64,000 bases of DNA from the human T2T-CHM13v2.0 reference genome, Homo sapiens (GCF_009914755.1 NC_060930.1), one strand, 5' to 3'; positions 1-23,971 are shown, numbered from the stretch's first letter. Translations and numbers: made by a program. The notes: generated from the sequence alone by a model not told the origin.

Positions 1-71
1 GGCTTGGTGAGTAGGAATTATCTTCAGTTTCAAATAAATCTCATTTTGGCTTTCATTCCTCTGAAAATTAG

Positions 72-758
<687 letters not shown>

Positions 759-1257
759 TGAGACTGCATCTCAAATAATAATAATACAAAAGTGACCCAA
801 AAGAAAGGGGGAAGAGGCTGGGTGCGGTGGCTCACACCTGTAATCCCAGCACATTGGGAGGCTGATGGGCAGATCACATGAGGCCAGGAGTTTGAGACCA
901 GCCTGGCCAATATGGCAAAACCCTGTTTCTACTAAAAATACAAAAATTAGCCAAGTGTGGTGGCGCATGCCTGTAATCCCAGCTACTGGGGTTACTGAGG
1001 CATGAGAGTCTCCTGAACCCGGAGGTGGAGGTTGCAGTGAGCTGAGATTGCGCCACTGCACTCCAGCCTGGGCGACATAGCTAGACCCTGTCTCAAGAAA
1101 AAAAAAAAAAAAGAATCGAGGAAGAATCTTAGTATTTGACAATGTAGAATATAAGGGAAAAAATATATAATAAGGGAAAAAGAAGGGTGTTACACACTGA
1201 TGAATGATAGAGCAAGAAGCACCTGAAAAAATTGCAGGAATAGATACATCAGGTTAA

Positions 1258-1630
<373 letters not shown>

Positions 1631-1807
1631 TGAGCACCTGGCCTGTCTTTTTGATTTAAATTTCTCTTTGAGATAATCTTATTATTGGATCTGTTTAATT
1701 CAATCTGAAAGTCTGTTTTTTAATTGAATTTAATTAATTTTTATTTATTATAATTCATTATAAGTACTTATTTCTGCCTTTTTATTCCATATTTTTCATT
1801 TACTACA

Positions 1808-2556
<749 letters not shown>

Positions 2557-2923
2557 CTACACATTTTTCTTTTCCCCTTTCTTCTTTGCATTGGATTGTT
2601 GCTTTTATTAGTTGTTGCTGGCTTAAATGTTAAGCATTCCAGTACGCCTGGAACCTGTCTTACTTCAAAGTTCATGTGTGTCTGCTGCATCACTCCAGGA
2701 ATTATTATTATCTTTTTTTTTTTTTTTTTGAGATGGAGTCTTGCTCTGTCACCCAAGTTGGAGTGCACTGGCATGATCTCAGCTTACTGAAATCTCCGCC
2801 TCCCGGGTTCAAGTGATTCTTCTTCCTCAGTCTCCCAAGTAACTGGGACTACAGACATGTGCCACCATGCCCAGCTAATTTTTTGCATTTTTAGTAGACA
2901 CAGGGTTTCACCATGTTGCCTAG

Positions 2924-3100
<177 letters not shown>

Positions 3101-3180
3101 TGAAAATTCTGAAAAACATAGGTCTGGATACAGCCCTTATTCTAATGCAAGCCCTTGATTTTAATATGAGTGGTTCATAG

Positions 3181-3850
<670 letters not shown>

Positions 3851-4179
3851 TAGCCAGGATGGTCTCTATCTCCTGACCTTGTGATCCGCCCGCCTCGGCC
3901 TCCCAAAGTGCTGGGATTACAGGCATGATCCACCGCGCCCAGCCTAAGCTTCATTGTTATAAAAACACATTTCCTTTAACAGCATTTATCGAATGGCACC
4001 CTCTGTGGTAGGTACAGTGATTGGTGCCTTCAGGCAATTAGCAGCTATTCTTTACTAGTAAGCACGACTATCCAATTCCACAAGAAAGGAAGAAGAAACC
4101 TGGAGAATTTGTCTCATCACACCTGATAGATAAGCTAGGATTTGAGGTTTTTTTGTTTTGTTTTGTTTGTTTTTTTTGA

Positions 4180-4281
<102 letters not shown>

Positions 4282-4284
4282 TGA

Positions 4285-4464
<180 letters not shown>

Positions 4465-6037
4465 TAGGATTTGAACCCAGATCTGTTTATTCCATTGGTT
4501 ATCTTCCACTATTTTCAAAGAGAATCTGATCCCAAGAAGCCCACAGTATAGTGGGAAAGACACAAATAATCTCATTCTATGGTTTACCTTTGTATCCAAG
4601 GCAGTGCTATGCACATAGTAACACTTAATAAATGTCAATGAAAAGAAGGCATTAAACTTATCCTGGTTTCTTACTTCTTTTTCTTTTTTTTTTTTAGATG
4701 GAGTCTCACTCTGTCACGCAGGCTGGAGGGCAGTGGCGTGATCTCGGCTTACTACAACCTCCGCCTACAGCCTCCGGAGTAGTTGGGACTACAGGCACGT
4801 GCCACCATGCCCAGCTGACTTTTGTTTGTATTTTTAGTAGAGACAGGGTTTCACTGTGTTAGCCAGGATGGTCTCGATCTCCTGACATCATGATCTGCCC
4901 GCCTCGGCCTCCCAAAGTGCGGGGATTACAGATGTGAGCCACCGCGCCCGGCCTCTTATTTTTCCGTTGATGGTTTCTAAGTCAGGGGAATCACAATCTG
5001 GTAAAATAAAGAAGCAAAGAGGATTGTTAAGGAAACACAAATTTGAGCCGGGCGCGATGGCTCACGCCTGTAATCCCAGCACTTTGGGAGACCAAGGCGG
5101 GCGGATCACCTGAGGTCAGGAGTTCGAGAGCAGCCTGACCAACACGGCGAAACCCCGACTCTACTAAAAATATAAAATTAGCTGGGCGTGGTGACGCATG
5201 CCTATAATCCCAGCTACTTGGGAGGCTGAGGCAGGAGAATCGCTTGAACCTGGGAGGCGGAGGTTGCGGTGAGCTGAGATTGCACTCCAGCCTGGGCAAC
5301 AATAGCAAAAACTCCATCTCAAAAACAAACAAACAAACAAACAAACAAAAAAACAAAAAAAGGAAACACAAATTTGGAGACAAAATAGAAAGAGCCTATG
5401 TCACACAGTGATTTTCTTCCTCTGCACAGTTACTATAACAGGTCATCAGTCACTTTGCAAAAACGTCCATTATAAATCAGGGCTACTTCCATTTTGTACT
5501 ATTTATCTTTCTAATGTATTTAATAAAAACCCATTAAGGAATATAAAAATATAATTTTAGTATTATTTTCTCCTTCCTGTAATCAGTTTTATAACGCTGA
5601 TGTTGAACATAACGGAGCAAGCAACTATATGTAACTGTAGAAATTATTGCTAGGAATTTGCATATGAAATACACACCTTTTACTGCCTTTAGTTGGCTTT
5701 GTTAACTAGGTTATAAATAGTACAGTTGACATACCAGAAACGGAAAGCACTTTTTGATGAGCACATGCTATGAATGGAAGAAGTGTTCAAACACAGTGTT
5801 TAATTTGGAAAGCTTTCATTAGAACTAGCTAAAGGGGAAAGTGGTTTATTTCCTAATCATAGCCTTGCTTAATAATCCAATCATATAGAAAGACTTATGG
5901 AAAAGCTTTCTAAAAACAGATATTTATGCTACAATTTGGGTAAACAAGTGATACATCTAGTCTATAAACATATGTTGATGGTGTTGGTGGTCACTTTTAA
6001 GAAAATTGAACTTTGGGAGGTCGAGGCGGGTGGATCA

Positions 6038-6354
<317 letters not shown>

Positions 6355-7809
6355 TCATAGGACTAAGATATAAAATTGGAAAGTGCAGTTTATATTTATA
6401 CCACTTTCAAAAGAGAAAGCTCATACTATGTCATTTTGCTGAAATCACATACCAGAATTTGAAATTTTGAAAACTATTTGAAGAACTTTATTGAGCTAGA
6501 ACAAAAAGATGCCATTCATTTTGACTGCATGAACATAAAAACTATCATTAATAGGGCAGCGTTTTTGCTGATATTTTATATTGCTAGAGGGCAAAAATTC
6601 AATAAATGTTACTATGCAGGCTGTTTCAATCATTATAAAGTATAGAAACAAAGGCTGGTGACGACTTTTGTAAATGACAAATATAAAATTTGCAGAAATC
6701 GTTATATTTTTATAGGATGCAATAATTGGGTTTTCAAGCTTTTTTTTTTTTTTTTTTTTTTTTTGCTATGGTTGTGAAGCAACTACGACACAGATTTAAT
6801 GCTGCTACTCATCCAGATGACAGTGAGGTGAGGGGACTAGGGACAATTTTTTCTTCTCACACATTTGTTTTTAGCCATCTATATTTGCCTCAGTGTCTTG
6901 ATACCATGGCGATAACTTAGCAACAGCTAGATACAAATTAAGGTAATCTGTCATACCAGCCTCTGATCATCAAAAGTTGGGAGGTAGGACACTGGGAAGA
7001 AAAATATAGATGTTTAATGGCTTAAGAAAAAAAAAGCTTGATCTCTCTGCTACCTGCTCTTGTCCATTTCTTCATCTCACTTTCATATATATCTGAAAAA
7101 AGAGATGACAATCTAAAAAAATTCCCAACCAACCCCAGTGTTAAAATTAATTAGATAAAATGAAATTTAAAGATTTCTTAAATAGGGGAAAAACAATACA
7201 CGTTATCCTTTCTTGAACAGGAACTAATGATCACAAAGGTACAAAAAAAGTGCAGTGGCACGGTCTTGGCTCACTGAAATCTCTGCCTCCCGTGTTCAAG
7301 CGATTCTCTTGTGTCAGCCTCCCGAGTAGCTGGGATTACAGCCATGCGCCACCATGCTGGCTAATTTTTGTATTTTCAGTAGAGTTGGGGTTTCACCATG
7401 TTGGCCAGGCTGGTCTCGAACTCCTGACCTGAGGGCATCGTCCAGCCTTGCCCTCCCAAAGTGTTGGGATTACAGGTGTGGGCCACCATGCCCAGCCCAT
7501 AAAAAGTGTTTTGCAAAGACATTTCAAAGAGATTTTTCCATACTAATGGACATTCAATTTCTGTTGATGGTTGTTAGGAGGACAAAGTTACATAAAATAT
7601 AAATACCTTTGGACTAGCAGACTTGTATGACATAATGGATTCTGCCATTTTAAAAGTCAACATACCATATAATGCCTTTCCCTATCTTTATCATAATTTA
7701 TGTGCAAATCAGAGAAAGTAAAATAATTTAAAAGGAAGAATATAACATTTGGAAAGTAAATAAAATCTTGATTTTCAGGGCTACTGATTTTATTTCAAAT
7801 ACTTACCTA

Positions 7810-8061
<252 letters not shown>

Positions 8062-9299
8062 CTAGCACTTTCGGAGGCCAAAGGGGGACGCTTGAGCCCA
8101 GGAGTTTGAGACCAGCCTGGGTGCCATAGTGAGATCCCCATCTCAAATAAATAAAAAAATAAAGAGAGGATTCTGAGGGTTGGTAGGAAAAGGGCTGTGA
8201 ATGATGAGTAAATGTCTGCTAGGACTGGGAGGGAGACTAGCGGGTAAAAGACTTGTTAAGTGAAATAGGGGGGTGATGGATAGGAAGGAGGGTGAGCCCA
8301 GAGCACCCGAAAATACTTTAAATTTATTTTGTCTTACATGTGATATTAAAATGAATCCGAATCTTATGTTCAACTCCATAATATATGCTTGGAATGCCAC
8401 AAAAGTTTTGAAAAATCATTTGTAGTTAAAGTACCTAATTTTAACTTTGTGGAAGAAAAATGTTGCTAGACAATGTGCACGCTCCTTTTGTGGCTTCCAC
8501 AGCACCTGGCAGGGTGCTGCATATCCTTAGGGTCTCTAGCCCCCATTTAGTGAAGCCCACACCTAGGGAATCATAGAAATAAAAATGTTTAAATCTGTGT
8601 ATGATAATGTAAGTTCAGAGAAGTAACTTTTTTTTTTTTTTTTTTTTTTTTTGGAGACAGGGTCTTTCTCTGTCACCCTGGCTGGAGTGCAGTGGTGCAA
8701 TCTTGGCTCACTGCAGCCTCTGCCTCCCGGCTCAAGTGATTCTCCTGCCTCAGCCTCCTGAGTAGCTGGGACTACAGGCACACGCCACCACACCTGGCTA
8801 ATTTTTGTATTTTTAGTAGAGATAGGGTTTCATCATGTTGGCCAGGCTGGCCTCGAACTCCTGACCTCAGGTGATCCGCCTGCCTTGGCCTCCCAAAATG
8901 CTGGGATTACAGGTGTGAGCCACTGCACCCGGCCCAGAGAAGTAACTGGATTGTCAATGGCAGAGCTGGGATCTGAAGACTGCAACTCCCACCCTTTTTG
9001 TTTTGTTTTTAGAGATGGGGTCTCATCATGTTGCCCAGGCAGATCTTGAACTGCCAAGTGATCCTCCCACCTTGGCCCCCTAAAGTGTTGGGATCACAGG
9101 CATGAGTCACCATGCCTGGCCACAGCCTAATTTCTTAACAAAGACTGTCTATGTTCTTCCAAAGTCCAGTACCAGGGTTCCTTGAGATTTAAGATTTGGC
9201 ATTAAATTCATGATCTGAAAAAGGACTTTGTGGCCACAGAGGACAATACAGTAACTATTGAGTTGGCAATTTCAGTATTGTTGTTAAAAATAACAACAA

Positions 9300-11318
<2,019 letters not shown>

Positions 11319-12130
11319 TGATCTGCCTGCCTCAGCCTCCCAAAGTGCTGGGATTACAGGCGTGAGCCACCGCGCCCGGCCCTAATACAGCTATTTTTTA
11401 AAAAGAATGCAATTAAAGCAGTTCTAATCTTCAAAAAAATAGGAAGAAAGGAAAGAAAATCATGGTATAGAACTGCATAAATAACTAGAAATTAGGAAGC
11501 TCACAACAAATTGGTCATACTCTATATATGCCAGTGGATTTAAGTTAGGAATATTCTATCTGTAGTGGCCTTAAACCTATAGCCTTTGAGAGCTCTGATG
11601 CAAGGTGGGGTGAGCTAAAGGAGGGGTACATTCCACTATCAGTTCTGGCCTCTTACCAGGTGACACCTCTTGTTAAGTCACCTTTGGAAGTCTGTAATTT
11701 CCCTAATGGAAAGCCAGGACCCATTCTGAAAGAATAAAACAGTTAATATGTAAGGGATCAGGACTGAAGGTGGGAGAAGAGAAAGAGGTAAATTATTATT
11801 ATCTTGTTAGAGTGCTTTGTGTTTTTAAAAGACAGTGCAAACAACTTTATTATTAATAAAACATAATTAACAATAATGGAAACTATTAATAACAATAAAA
11901 TGTGCCCCTCTATTCAAGCCTTTATCATTAAAAAAAAAAAATGACAATGTTGGGTAGGCCAGGCGGGGTGGCTCCTGCCTGTAATCCCAGCACTTTGGGA
12001 GGTGGAGGTGGGAGGATAGCTTGAGGTCAGGATTAGATGAGCCTGGCCAACATGGTGAAACCCTGTCTCTACTAAAAATACAAAAAATTAGGCAGTCATG
12101 GTGACTCGCACCTGTAATCCTAGCTACTCA

Positions 12131-12229
<99 letters not shown>

Positions 12230-12237
12230 TCATCTCA

Positions 12238-12780
<543 letters not shown>

Positions 12781-13201
12781 TTATATCAAATGAATTAAAA
12801 ACAAGCCAACTAATCGATCACTGACTGTGCTTTGGTGAAGGTGTGGCAAGCCTTCTGCAGATTGAGAAGAAGTCCTTACAGATTCTAAAGACAATTCCTT
12901 GGAGCTTCTATTCGTCATAACAACAGGATTTCAAAGTGTGAAAACAAATGAATAGGCAGGAAAGGATCTTCCTAAAACTAAGAACTCCAGGAAGGAGTCT
13001 GAAAACAGTTTTCCGAAAAGCAAGGTTCTCCTTATTAGTGATGAACCTGCTGATTAGCTGGAGTCTTAAAAAAAAAAAAAGTGGCCGGGCACAGTGGCTC
13101 ACGCCTGTAATCCTAGCACTTTGGGAGGCCGAGGTGGGTGGATCACGAGGTCAGGAGTTCGAGACCAGCCTGGTCAACATGGTGAAACACTGTCTCTACT
13201 A

Positions 13202-13363
<162 letters not shown>

Positions 13364-13661
13364 TCAGAAAAAAAAAAAAAAAAAAAGGTAAATTTATATG
13401 TACATTTTCCCAAATTAAAAAAAGATATCATAAGAAAACTCAAAAAACAAAAACCACAAGCTCCCAAGCCTGCTTGTTTATTTTATTTATTTATTTTTTT
13501 GAGACAGAGTCTCGCTTTGTCACCCAGGCTGGAGTGCAGTGGCACGATCTCACCTCACTGCAACCTCCACCTCTGGGTTCAAGCGATTCTCCTGCCTCAG
13601 CCTCCCAAGTAGCTGGGACTACAGGCACCCGCCACCACGCCTGGTAATTGTTGTATTTTTA

Positions 13662-13790
<129 letters not shown>

Positions 13791-14270
13791 TTATTTAAAA
13801 ACACCTTTAGTATAGCCATTTGTCAAATTTTGAAAGGAGATCATTGAGGATTATTCAGGTTACTTTCTGGTTACTGGAGTTCAATGTGACCAGAAAAAAG
13901 TCCTATATCTTTTTGGAACATTTTGCATTAATGTATACGTCTTTTAGCCCAAGTTTGTAGGTGTCACCCACATCTTGGGCCATAGAATAATATTGTCATA
14001 GGTAAGATAAAGTTACAAACACTGGAGAATGAAACCCTGGACCAGGCAAACAATGTCACTGATCATTTATTTTTAGGTGTGACTGGATAGCCACATTATA
14101 TAAGCAAGATAACCCAAGAGAATTTGGTGTTATCAAGTAAAATATACAAGGTTGGCCGGGCACGGTGGCTTTGGGAGGCCGAGGCTGGCGGATCATGAGG
14201 TCAGGAGATCGAGACCATCCTGGCTAACACGGAGAAACCCCGTCTCTATTAAACAAAATACAAAAAATTA

Positions 14271-14441
<171 letters not shown>

Positions 14442-14535
14442 TCATCTCGGCCTCCCAAAGTGCTGGGATTGCAGGCGTGAGCCACCGCGCCCGGCTGTTC
14501 TTATTTTTTTTTTTGAGAGGAGTCTCGCTCTTTAG

Positions 14536-14649
<114 letters not shown>

Positions 14650-14872
14650 TAATTTTTTAAATTTTTAGTAGAGACCGGGTTTCACCATATTGGCCGGGCT
14701 GGTCTTGATCTCCTGACCTCGTGATCCACCTGCCTCGGCCTCCCAAAGTGCTGGGATTACAGGTGTGAGCCACCGCGCCCGGCCTGATATTGTTCTTATG
14801 TCAGAGAACAATTTTTCTTAGTTGGAGAATTTAAAAGAAGAGGACTTAGTGGGCCAGGAAACTGCTTTGTCA

Positions 14873-15336
<464 letters not shown>

Positions 15337-15455
15337 TCAGGGCAGAGTGCAGGGCCACTGCTAGAGCTGCTCACAAATTCCAGTGAAGACACCAGCAGTG
15401 AATTTTTTTTTTGTTTTTTTGAGATGGAGTTTTGTCCTTGTTGCCTAGGCTATAG

Positions 15456-15584
<129 letters not shown>

Positions 15585-16322
15585 TAGAGATGAGGTTTCA
15601 CCATGTTGGTCAGGTTGGTCTCGAACTCCTGACCTCAGGTGATCCGCCTGCCTCAGTTTCCCAAAGTGCTGGGATGACAGGCGTGAGCCACCATGCCCGG
15701 CAGCTGTGAACTTTTAAGAATCCATCTCAGTAGAGCAGCGCAGCAAGAGGCCTGATGCATTTGTTCAGCAAGTATTCTTTGAGTACCTAAAGTGTGGTGC
15801 TGATCTAGATAATGGGGACCTGCTAGTGAATGACCGATTGTAGGAGGTAAGGAGTTAGTAGACTGTAAGAAGGTTTGCTGGTAAAGCTGGGGGAAGAAAT
15901 GGAGGTGGAAGGATAAACAGGGTGAAGTAAGAAGTTTTATTTTAGGTACAAGGAGAGCTGAACACACTCACAGCCAGCAGAAGAGACACTGAAGATTCAA
16001 GAATAGAGACATGAAGGAGACAGGAGGCAACAGGCTTGAAATCGTTGAAAAAAAATGTTGTTTTTTTCTTTTTAAAAGCCAAAAAAAAAGAAAGAGGCAC
16101 TACTGGGAGACCCTCAGGTGGGAGGTGCGGTGGGAGGACAAGCCAGTCAATCAGAGGTAATTTTCTCTGCCAGCTTCTGCATCTGTAAATAGGGGGATAA
16201 CACCTACTCCCAAGAGTGTTTGTGGGGGTTAAAACAAGTGAGTATATTCAAGGCCCCTAGCAGAGTGCCTGGGACATGGAAGCCTGCATTAATGTAGCCT
16301 TTAGTATACTTTTTTTTTTTGA

Positions 16323-16660
<338 letters not shown>

Positions 16661-17489
16661 TAGTGAGTGAGGTTTGCAGGAGCCAACTGACAATTTGGGG
16701 GGTGCTAGGCAGAGGAAAGCAGGACAATTGCTAATGAATGAATTCTTCCCTCTAGCAGGTAACTGGGGATGGGGAAAGCTGGAGAGGGGCCAAGGACACA
16801 TTCTAGAGCCATTAATTCTACTTACTGCCTCCATTAGCCACACCCAGGCAGCAGCAGGCTGAGAGGTGTGATTGAGGAATGTTTCAGTGCCCCAAATTTC
16901 TCCTTAGAGATTGTCTGAAACTATAAGAACTTCATATGTGCTAAGAAATAAATATCCCTGAAGAAGGGGCAGGGAGAAAGGCTATTGGTCTTGTATTTTG
17001 GAGTGAACTAGCCAACTTGTTATGTTCTGTAAAAGCCTGCCGTGATGCTGAGGAAGTGAGAATTCTGCTAAGTGGGGCCTGAGGAAGGAGGCCAGCCACC
17101 CCTGTGGGGGAGGCAGAGCTCTGTCACTCAGCAGGCAGCAGGGGGCTACTGCTCCCAGGGATCCAGGTTCCAGGGAGTCAGGATGGCAAGGTACAGGAGA
17201 TGGGATAAAGGACACGAGAGCAGCTGGGAAGATGACAGGGAGGTAGGAAAGGTCCCGAAGAAAGCAGCAAGGCAGGTGTTGAGACAGAAAAGTCCAGGGT
17301 TACATGTCACATAGGAGAGCTGGAATCCTTTAGGTCATGCAGAGGCAGCTTGGCAGGAAGCTTGCCATTAAGCTCTCTCCATTCCTTCAGGGCCTCTCTT
17401 TGGGTTTCACCTTCCCTCCTCCCTGAACCTCACACAGCATCTTTGCTATTTAGACAGTCAAGAATAGTAAACTTTCAGAAAATAAAACA

Positions 17490-17660
17490 AACCTGGAAAG
17501 AATTTCATAATTATCTTGTTTAATCTCTTTTTTTTTTTCACACTTGACTTTCAGGTCAACTTTTGAATCTCATTGTACAGATGAGAAAATTGAGGCTCAG
17601 AAGGAAGTGACTTGTGCAAGGTCATACAGCAAACCAGATGCTAACGCAGAATAAGAGGCG
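17490..17660. mobile_element. MIR at the distal end of the PDSS2 3'UTR
   Basis: ctcattgtacagatgagaaaattgaggctcagaaggaagtgacttgtgcaaggtcatacagc is the MIR core. Confidence 0.75.
17519..17524 (-). terminator. Putative distal polyadenylation signal ATTAAA of PDSS2
   Basis: Plus-strand tttaat; GU/U-rich element ~25-45 nt downstream on the minus strand. Confidence 0.65.
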
Positions 17661-18734
17661 CCCTAGGATCCTGCCTGGTGCCCTGCAGTGCCCGACCATC
17701 TGCTTAGTAAAACCTACTGCTTGCTGAAGTTCCTGCACATCCAACCAGCACACCTAACGCAAAGTATGACTTCTTTGTGGAAGTTAATGATTAAAACCTA
17801 GTCTGATCTAAAGCATCTTATCCATGGTTACTAATTAAGCCAATTTCAGTGACAGAAAGCATTTCAAACAGAACAGTGTTCTCTTAAGCTAAATCTATAG
17901 GCCTCAAATTATGGTGGCATAAACTGTACAATTATGATATTTTGAGTACACTTAAAATATTTTATAATACAATACATTAACCTCTGTAGCTTTACATTTT
18001 CTCTTCATTGCATGCCACATGTTGGGCCCTGATAAAATGGTTTTATAACTTTTGGGGGAGGGCTTTAACTAAAATAACTTCATGTAGTGTTTGAGCGAAC
18101 TAGGTAATAAAATCTGTTTGCTGTATTCGCTGTCTCCAGATAGGGCTGTAATTACACCACATGAGGAAGAAAGGTAGCTGAGTTTCAATCTAGATCATTT
18201 ATGTAAACTCAGCCTTCTTGTCAACGGTGTTCTCAAATTGCATGAGTGCAAACCTCAAAAATCATCTCCTATGAACCACACAGAGACAGTGTCCGATTGC
18301 AGGCCTGTGAGATTGCTTATATTCTTTCTGTAATTGGATGTCTGTGGTTCAAGACCAAAATTTGACATTCTGAGGTTAAAAGAACACTCTCACCAATGAA
18401 TTCCCTAGTACAAAAATTCTGTTTCTGAAACTCGTAAAAATTAAAGTATGCCTTAAACCAAAGTATTACAAATGAATACATTTCACTTGAAAAAAAGCTC
18501 CTTTTTCCTTAAAGAAAAAAAAAATTTGGTTCTTTGAAATGTGTTTGAATAAAAAAACTGATCTTCAGGAAAGAAAAACAGACTATTCCTAATATAACCA
18601 ATTTAACATTTGATAACATTTTAATCTCCTACTTCAAGTATTTGGCAACTTTTCGGCAATTTCTCCAAAAAGACATTATAAAAACCATAAAGCACAAAGT
18701 ATATTCATACTGCATTATAAATCCAGAGACATGA

Positions 18735-19047
<313 letters not shown>

Positions 19048-19559
19048 TTACAAGCCAACAAATAAAACATATTTTTCTCAATCCATTGAACTACTCTCCA
19101 TTATGACAAATTGGTCACTAGTTTTTGATTAGACAATCCTCCCTGGTTGGTATTGAGAGCATTTCTCTTGACACCTGCAGCTTCCAACTTGCTTTGTCCT
19201 CTCTAGCAGGAAAAACCACAGGCCACCGCCCTGGCGCCATCCCTGGCTCGGTCCAATCAATAAGGACTTATTTCCTGTCCATTTGCTGAGGTCACAGGAG
19301 CGAATCTCATTAATTATTTCTGCGACTGCAGCCTCAAGTGTGCTTCTGGCGTGACAAGTGAAAACTGCTTGACCTTTTTTTCTTCTAATTTTGTTTGTAG
19401 CAGTTCCAAAAAGAAAGCAGAACTCATTTAGCAATGTGATAAAAGGAAGGAAAAATGCATATGTTTTAAAAGTCATTAACGCATCGTGAAAGCGCTCCCA
19501 ATCAACCTCATTCCCTAGGATTTTCAGCTAACTAACAATAGTGTCTTTTTAATTTGATG

Positions 19560-19721
<162 letters not shown>

Positions 19722-20024
19722 TTAAGAAACAAATGCATGATAAAAGTCAGTTTTAAAGGTACACAGTAAGCACCACAATTAAATTGGGGAGGGGAGATGG
19801 AAAACAAAGAAAGGGAGAAATAGTATAGATTGAGTATTTCTGCTACGTTATTTTCTGGAAAAGAGGACATCATTTCCCAGTGATCTTGAGGCACTCATTC
19901 CCTAAGGCTGCTTGGTGTCTGTGCTCCAGAGCAGCACAATAGGTTCCAATCAGCTTAATTACAGCTCCTCCTGACTCCCATCCCTTAATATCTTGAAATG
20001 TGCCATGCTGGGGGATGGCAGTAA

Positions 20025-20324
<300 letters not shown>

Positions 20325-20515
20325 TGATCCACCTGCCTAGGCTGCCCAAAGTGCTGGGATTACAGGTGTGAGCCACCGCACCTGGCCAGCAGCCTGATAT
20401 TCTTATGTGAGGAAGGCTTCACTAATATCTTAGTTAATAACTTTTTTTTTAACACCATATGTTGACACAATAGTCCATATGAAAATTCAAGAAAGACACA
20501 TAGTATTAGATCTGA

Positions 20516-20644
<129 letters not shown>

Positions 20645-20758
20645 TAAGTAGCTGGGACTACAGGTGTGCACCACCACGCCCAGGTAACTTTTGTATTTTT
20701 GGTAGAGAAGGGGTTTCGCCATGTTGGCCAGGCTGGTCTGGATCTCTTGACCTCGTGA

Positions 20759-21097
<339 letters not shown>

Positions 21098-21161
21098 TAG
21101 GATTACAGGCGTAAGCCACTGTGCCCGGCCTGAATGCTTTTTTTTTTTTTTTTTTTCCTGA

Positions 21162-21341
<180 letters not shown>

Positions 21342-21449
21342 TAGCCAGGATGGTCTCCATCTCCTGACCTTGTGATCCGCCCACCTCGGCCTCCCAAAGT
21401 GCTGGGATTACAGGCGTGAGCCACCATGCCTGGCCAGTCTGGCTAATTC

Positions 21450-21800
21450 TCTAAGTCAGAAACCCAGACGTCTTCATTCCCCACATCCGGTTAGGCACAG
21501 GGGCAGTCTCAGGGTTGCTCATTCACAGCTGAACTTTCTGGCTCCCAGAGATTGGGTGTAGCCAGGTGACAAGTTCTGGTCTATGAGTTGTGAATGAGGG
21601 ATGTCACTTTGTGGCTGCAGCATTTAACTGTCCTGTGAGTCCTTAGAGAGCTTTCCCTCTTGCACAGCTACCAGCCCACACTGGAGATGCTCCTTGGCCT
21701 GGATCCCTGAGTGACTGTAATGAGCACCACAGTGCCTCGCCCACCTGTGGCAGCCGAGGTTGTGAAATTATCTGTAGCCATTTTGACTGATAACAATGAA
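21450..21800. mobile_element. Old ERVL LTR fragment (LTR16-like)
   Basis: gccaggtgacaagttctggtc..gcagcatttaactg..cctggatccctgagtgact resembles LTR16 consensus. Confidence 0.5.
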
Positions 21801-22538
21801 TCCCAGTCTTTCTATCTCTTCAGAGCTCTCAAGTTTATCCTCTACTCCTCATTCCCATTGCCACTACATTAGTTCAGGCCATCATCATCTCTCACCTCAG
21901 TTAGTTTTTGCAATCACTTCCTAAAGAGTCTTCCCACCACCAGGTCTGCACCCCTGGACTCCATCTACTATGCTGCCAAGGAGATCTTAATAAAATGCAA
22001 AGACAATCTTGCTTAAACCCTTCCAATAGCCTTAAGAGAAAAGTCTAAGCTCTTTCATGAGGCATTTAAGTCCCTTGCCAAGCTAGCTCTTGCTTGGCCT
22101 CACTTTTCCCCCCTTTTCCTCCTTTATTTATTTATGTATTTTTTGAGACAGAGTCTTGCTCTGTCACCCAGGCTGGAGCGCAGTGGTGTGATCTTGGCTC
22201 ACTGCAACTTCCAGTTCCCCGGCTCAAGTGATCTTTCCACCTCAGCCACCCGGGTAGCTGGGAAGACAGGCATGCACCACTATCCTTGTTTAATTTTAAA
22301 AACTTTTTGTAGAGATGAAGTCTCACTATATTGCCCAAGCTAATCTCAAACTCCTGGGCTCAAGAGATCCTCCTGCCTCAGCCTCCCAAACCTTCTCCCC
22401 TTTAATTATAGGGGAACCAACTGCAGTTCTCAGAGGTAACCTGATCTACCATCTCCCCCTGGGGCTGTCTCCCCCACCCCAACAAGCTCCCCAAATTCCA
22501 CCTGGGTGGAATGCACTGAGCTAGGAAGATGGCCCTAA

Positions 22539-22849
<311 letters not shown>

Positions 22850-23715
22850 TGATCTGCCTGCCTCGGCCTCCCAAAGTGCTGGGATTACAGGCATGAGCCA
22901 CTGCGCCCGACTTAGTGTTGTATTTTAATTCTCCATTCACTTATCTATGACTTCATGAGACTTCAAGGTCCTTACTGTATAATGCATGAAACATGAATGA
23001 ATAAAATAAATAAGCTGATTTATTCCTCTAATTATACAGTCAAGAGAACAGAGGTCCAGAGAAACTCAGTGACTCAAGATCACAGATGGAGGCAGGCAGA
23101 GTAGAGATCAGAAGCCAGGTTTTCTTTCTTTTTTTTTTTTTTTTCGAGACAGAGTCTTACTCTGTTGCCCAGGCTGGAGTGCAGTGGCGCGATTGTGGCT
23201 CACTGCAACCTCCACCTCTCGGGTTCAAGCATTTCTCTGCGTCAGCCTCCCGAGTAGCTGGGATTACAGGCGCCTACCACTACACCTGGCTAATTTTTTT
23301 ATTTTTAGTGGAGACGGGGTTTCTCCATCTTGGCCAGGCTGGTCTCGAACTCCTGACCTCAGGTGATCTGCCCACCTCAGCCTCCCAAAGTGCTGGGGTT
23401 ACAGGCGTGAGCCACTGTGCTCCGCCAGAGGCCAGGTTTTCTAATGCCTTGTCCAGTGGCACTTAATACTAAACTCCATCAGATTCTCAGCACTTCACAG
23501 ATATTTCCACACTGCATATAGCCTTTGGGAACTGTTCTAGCCTAGGTTTCCTTGGTCTCTTGCCAATCATTGAATGCACAAAGGCACTAAAATGGTGCTG
23601 GGTATCAGAAGCAGCCAGATTCAAACTCCTATCCTAGCTTTATAATCTTATGGAAACCATTTAACTGTTTTCTTTTTTTTTTCCTTTGAGATGGAGATTC
23701 ACTCTTGTCGCCTAG

Positions 23716-23971
<256 letters not shown>

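Noticed and set aside
6735-7041. Inverted repeat tcaagc(T)n / (A)ngcttga
   Set aside because: Mostly homopolymer with only ~6 informative bases, so compatible with chance.
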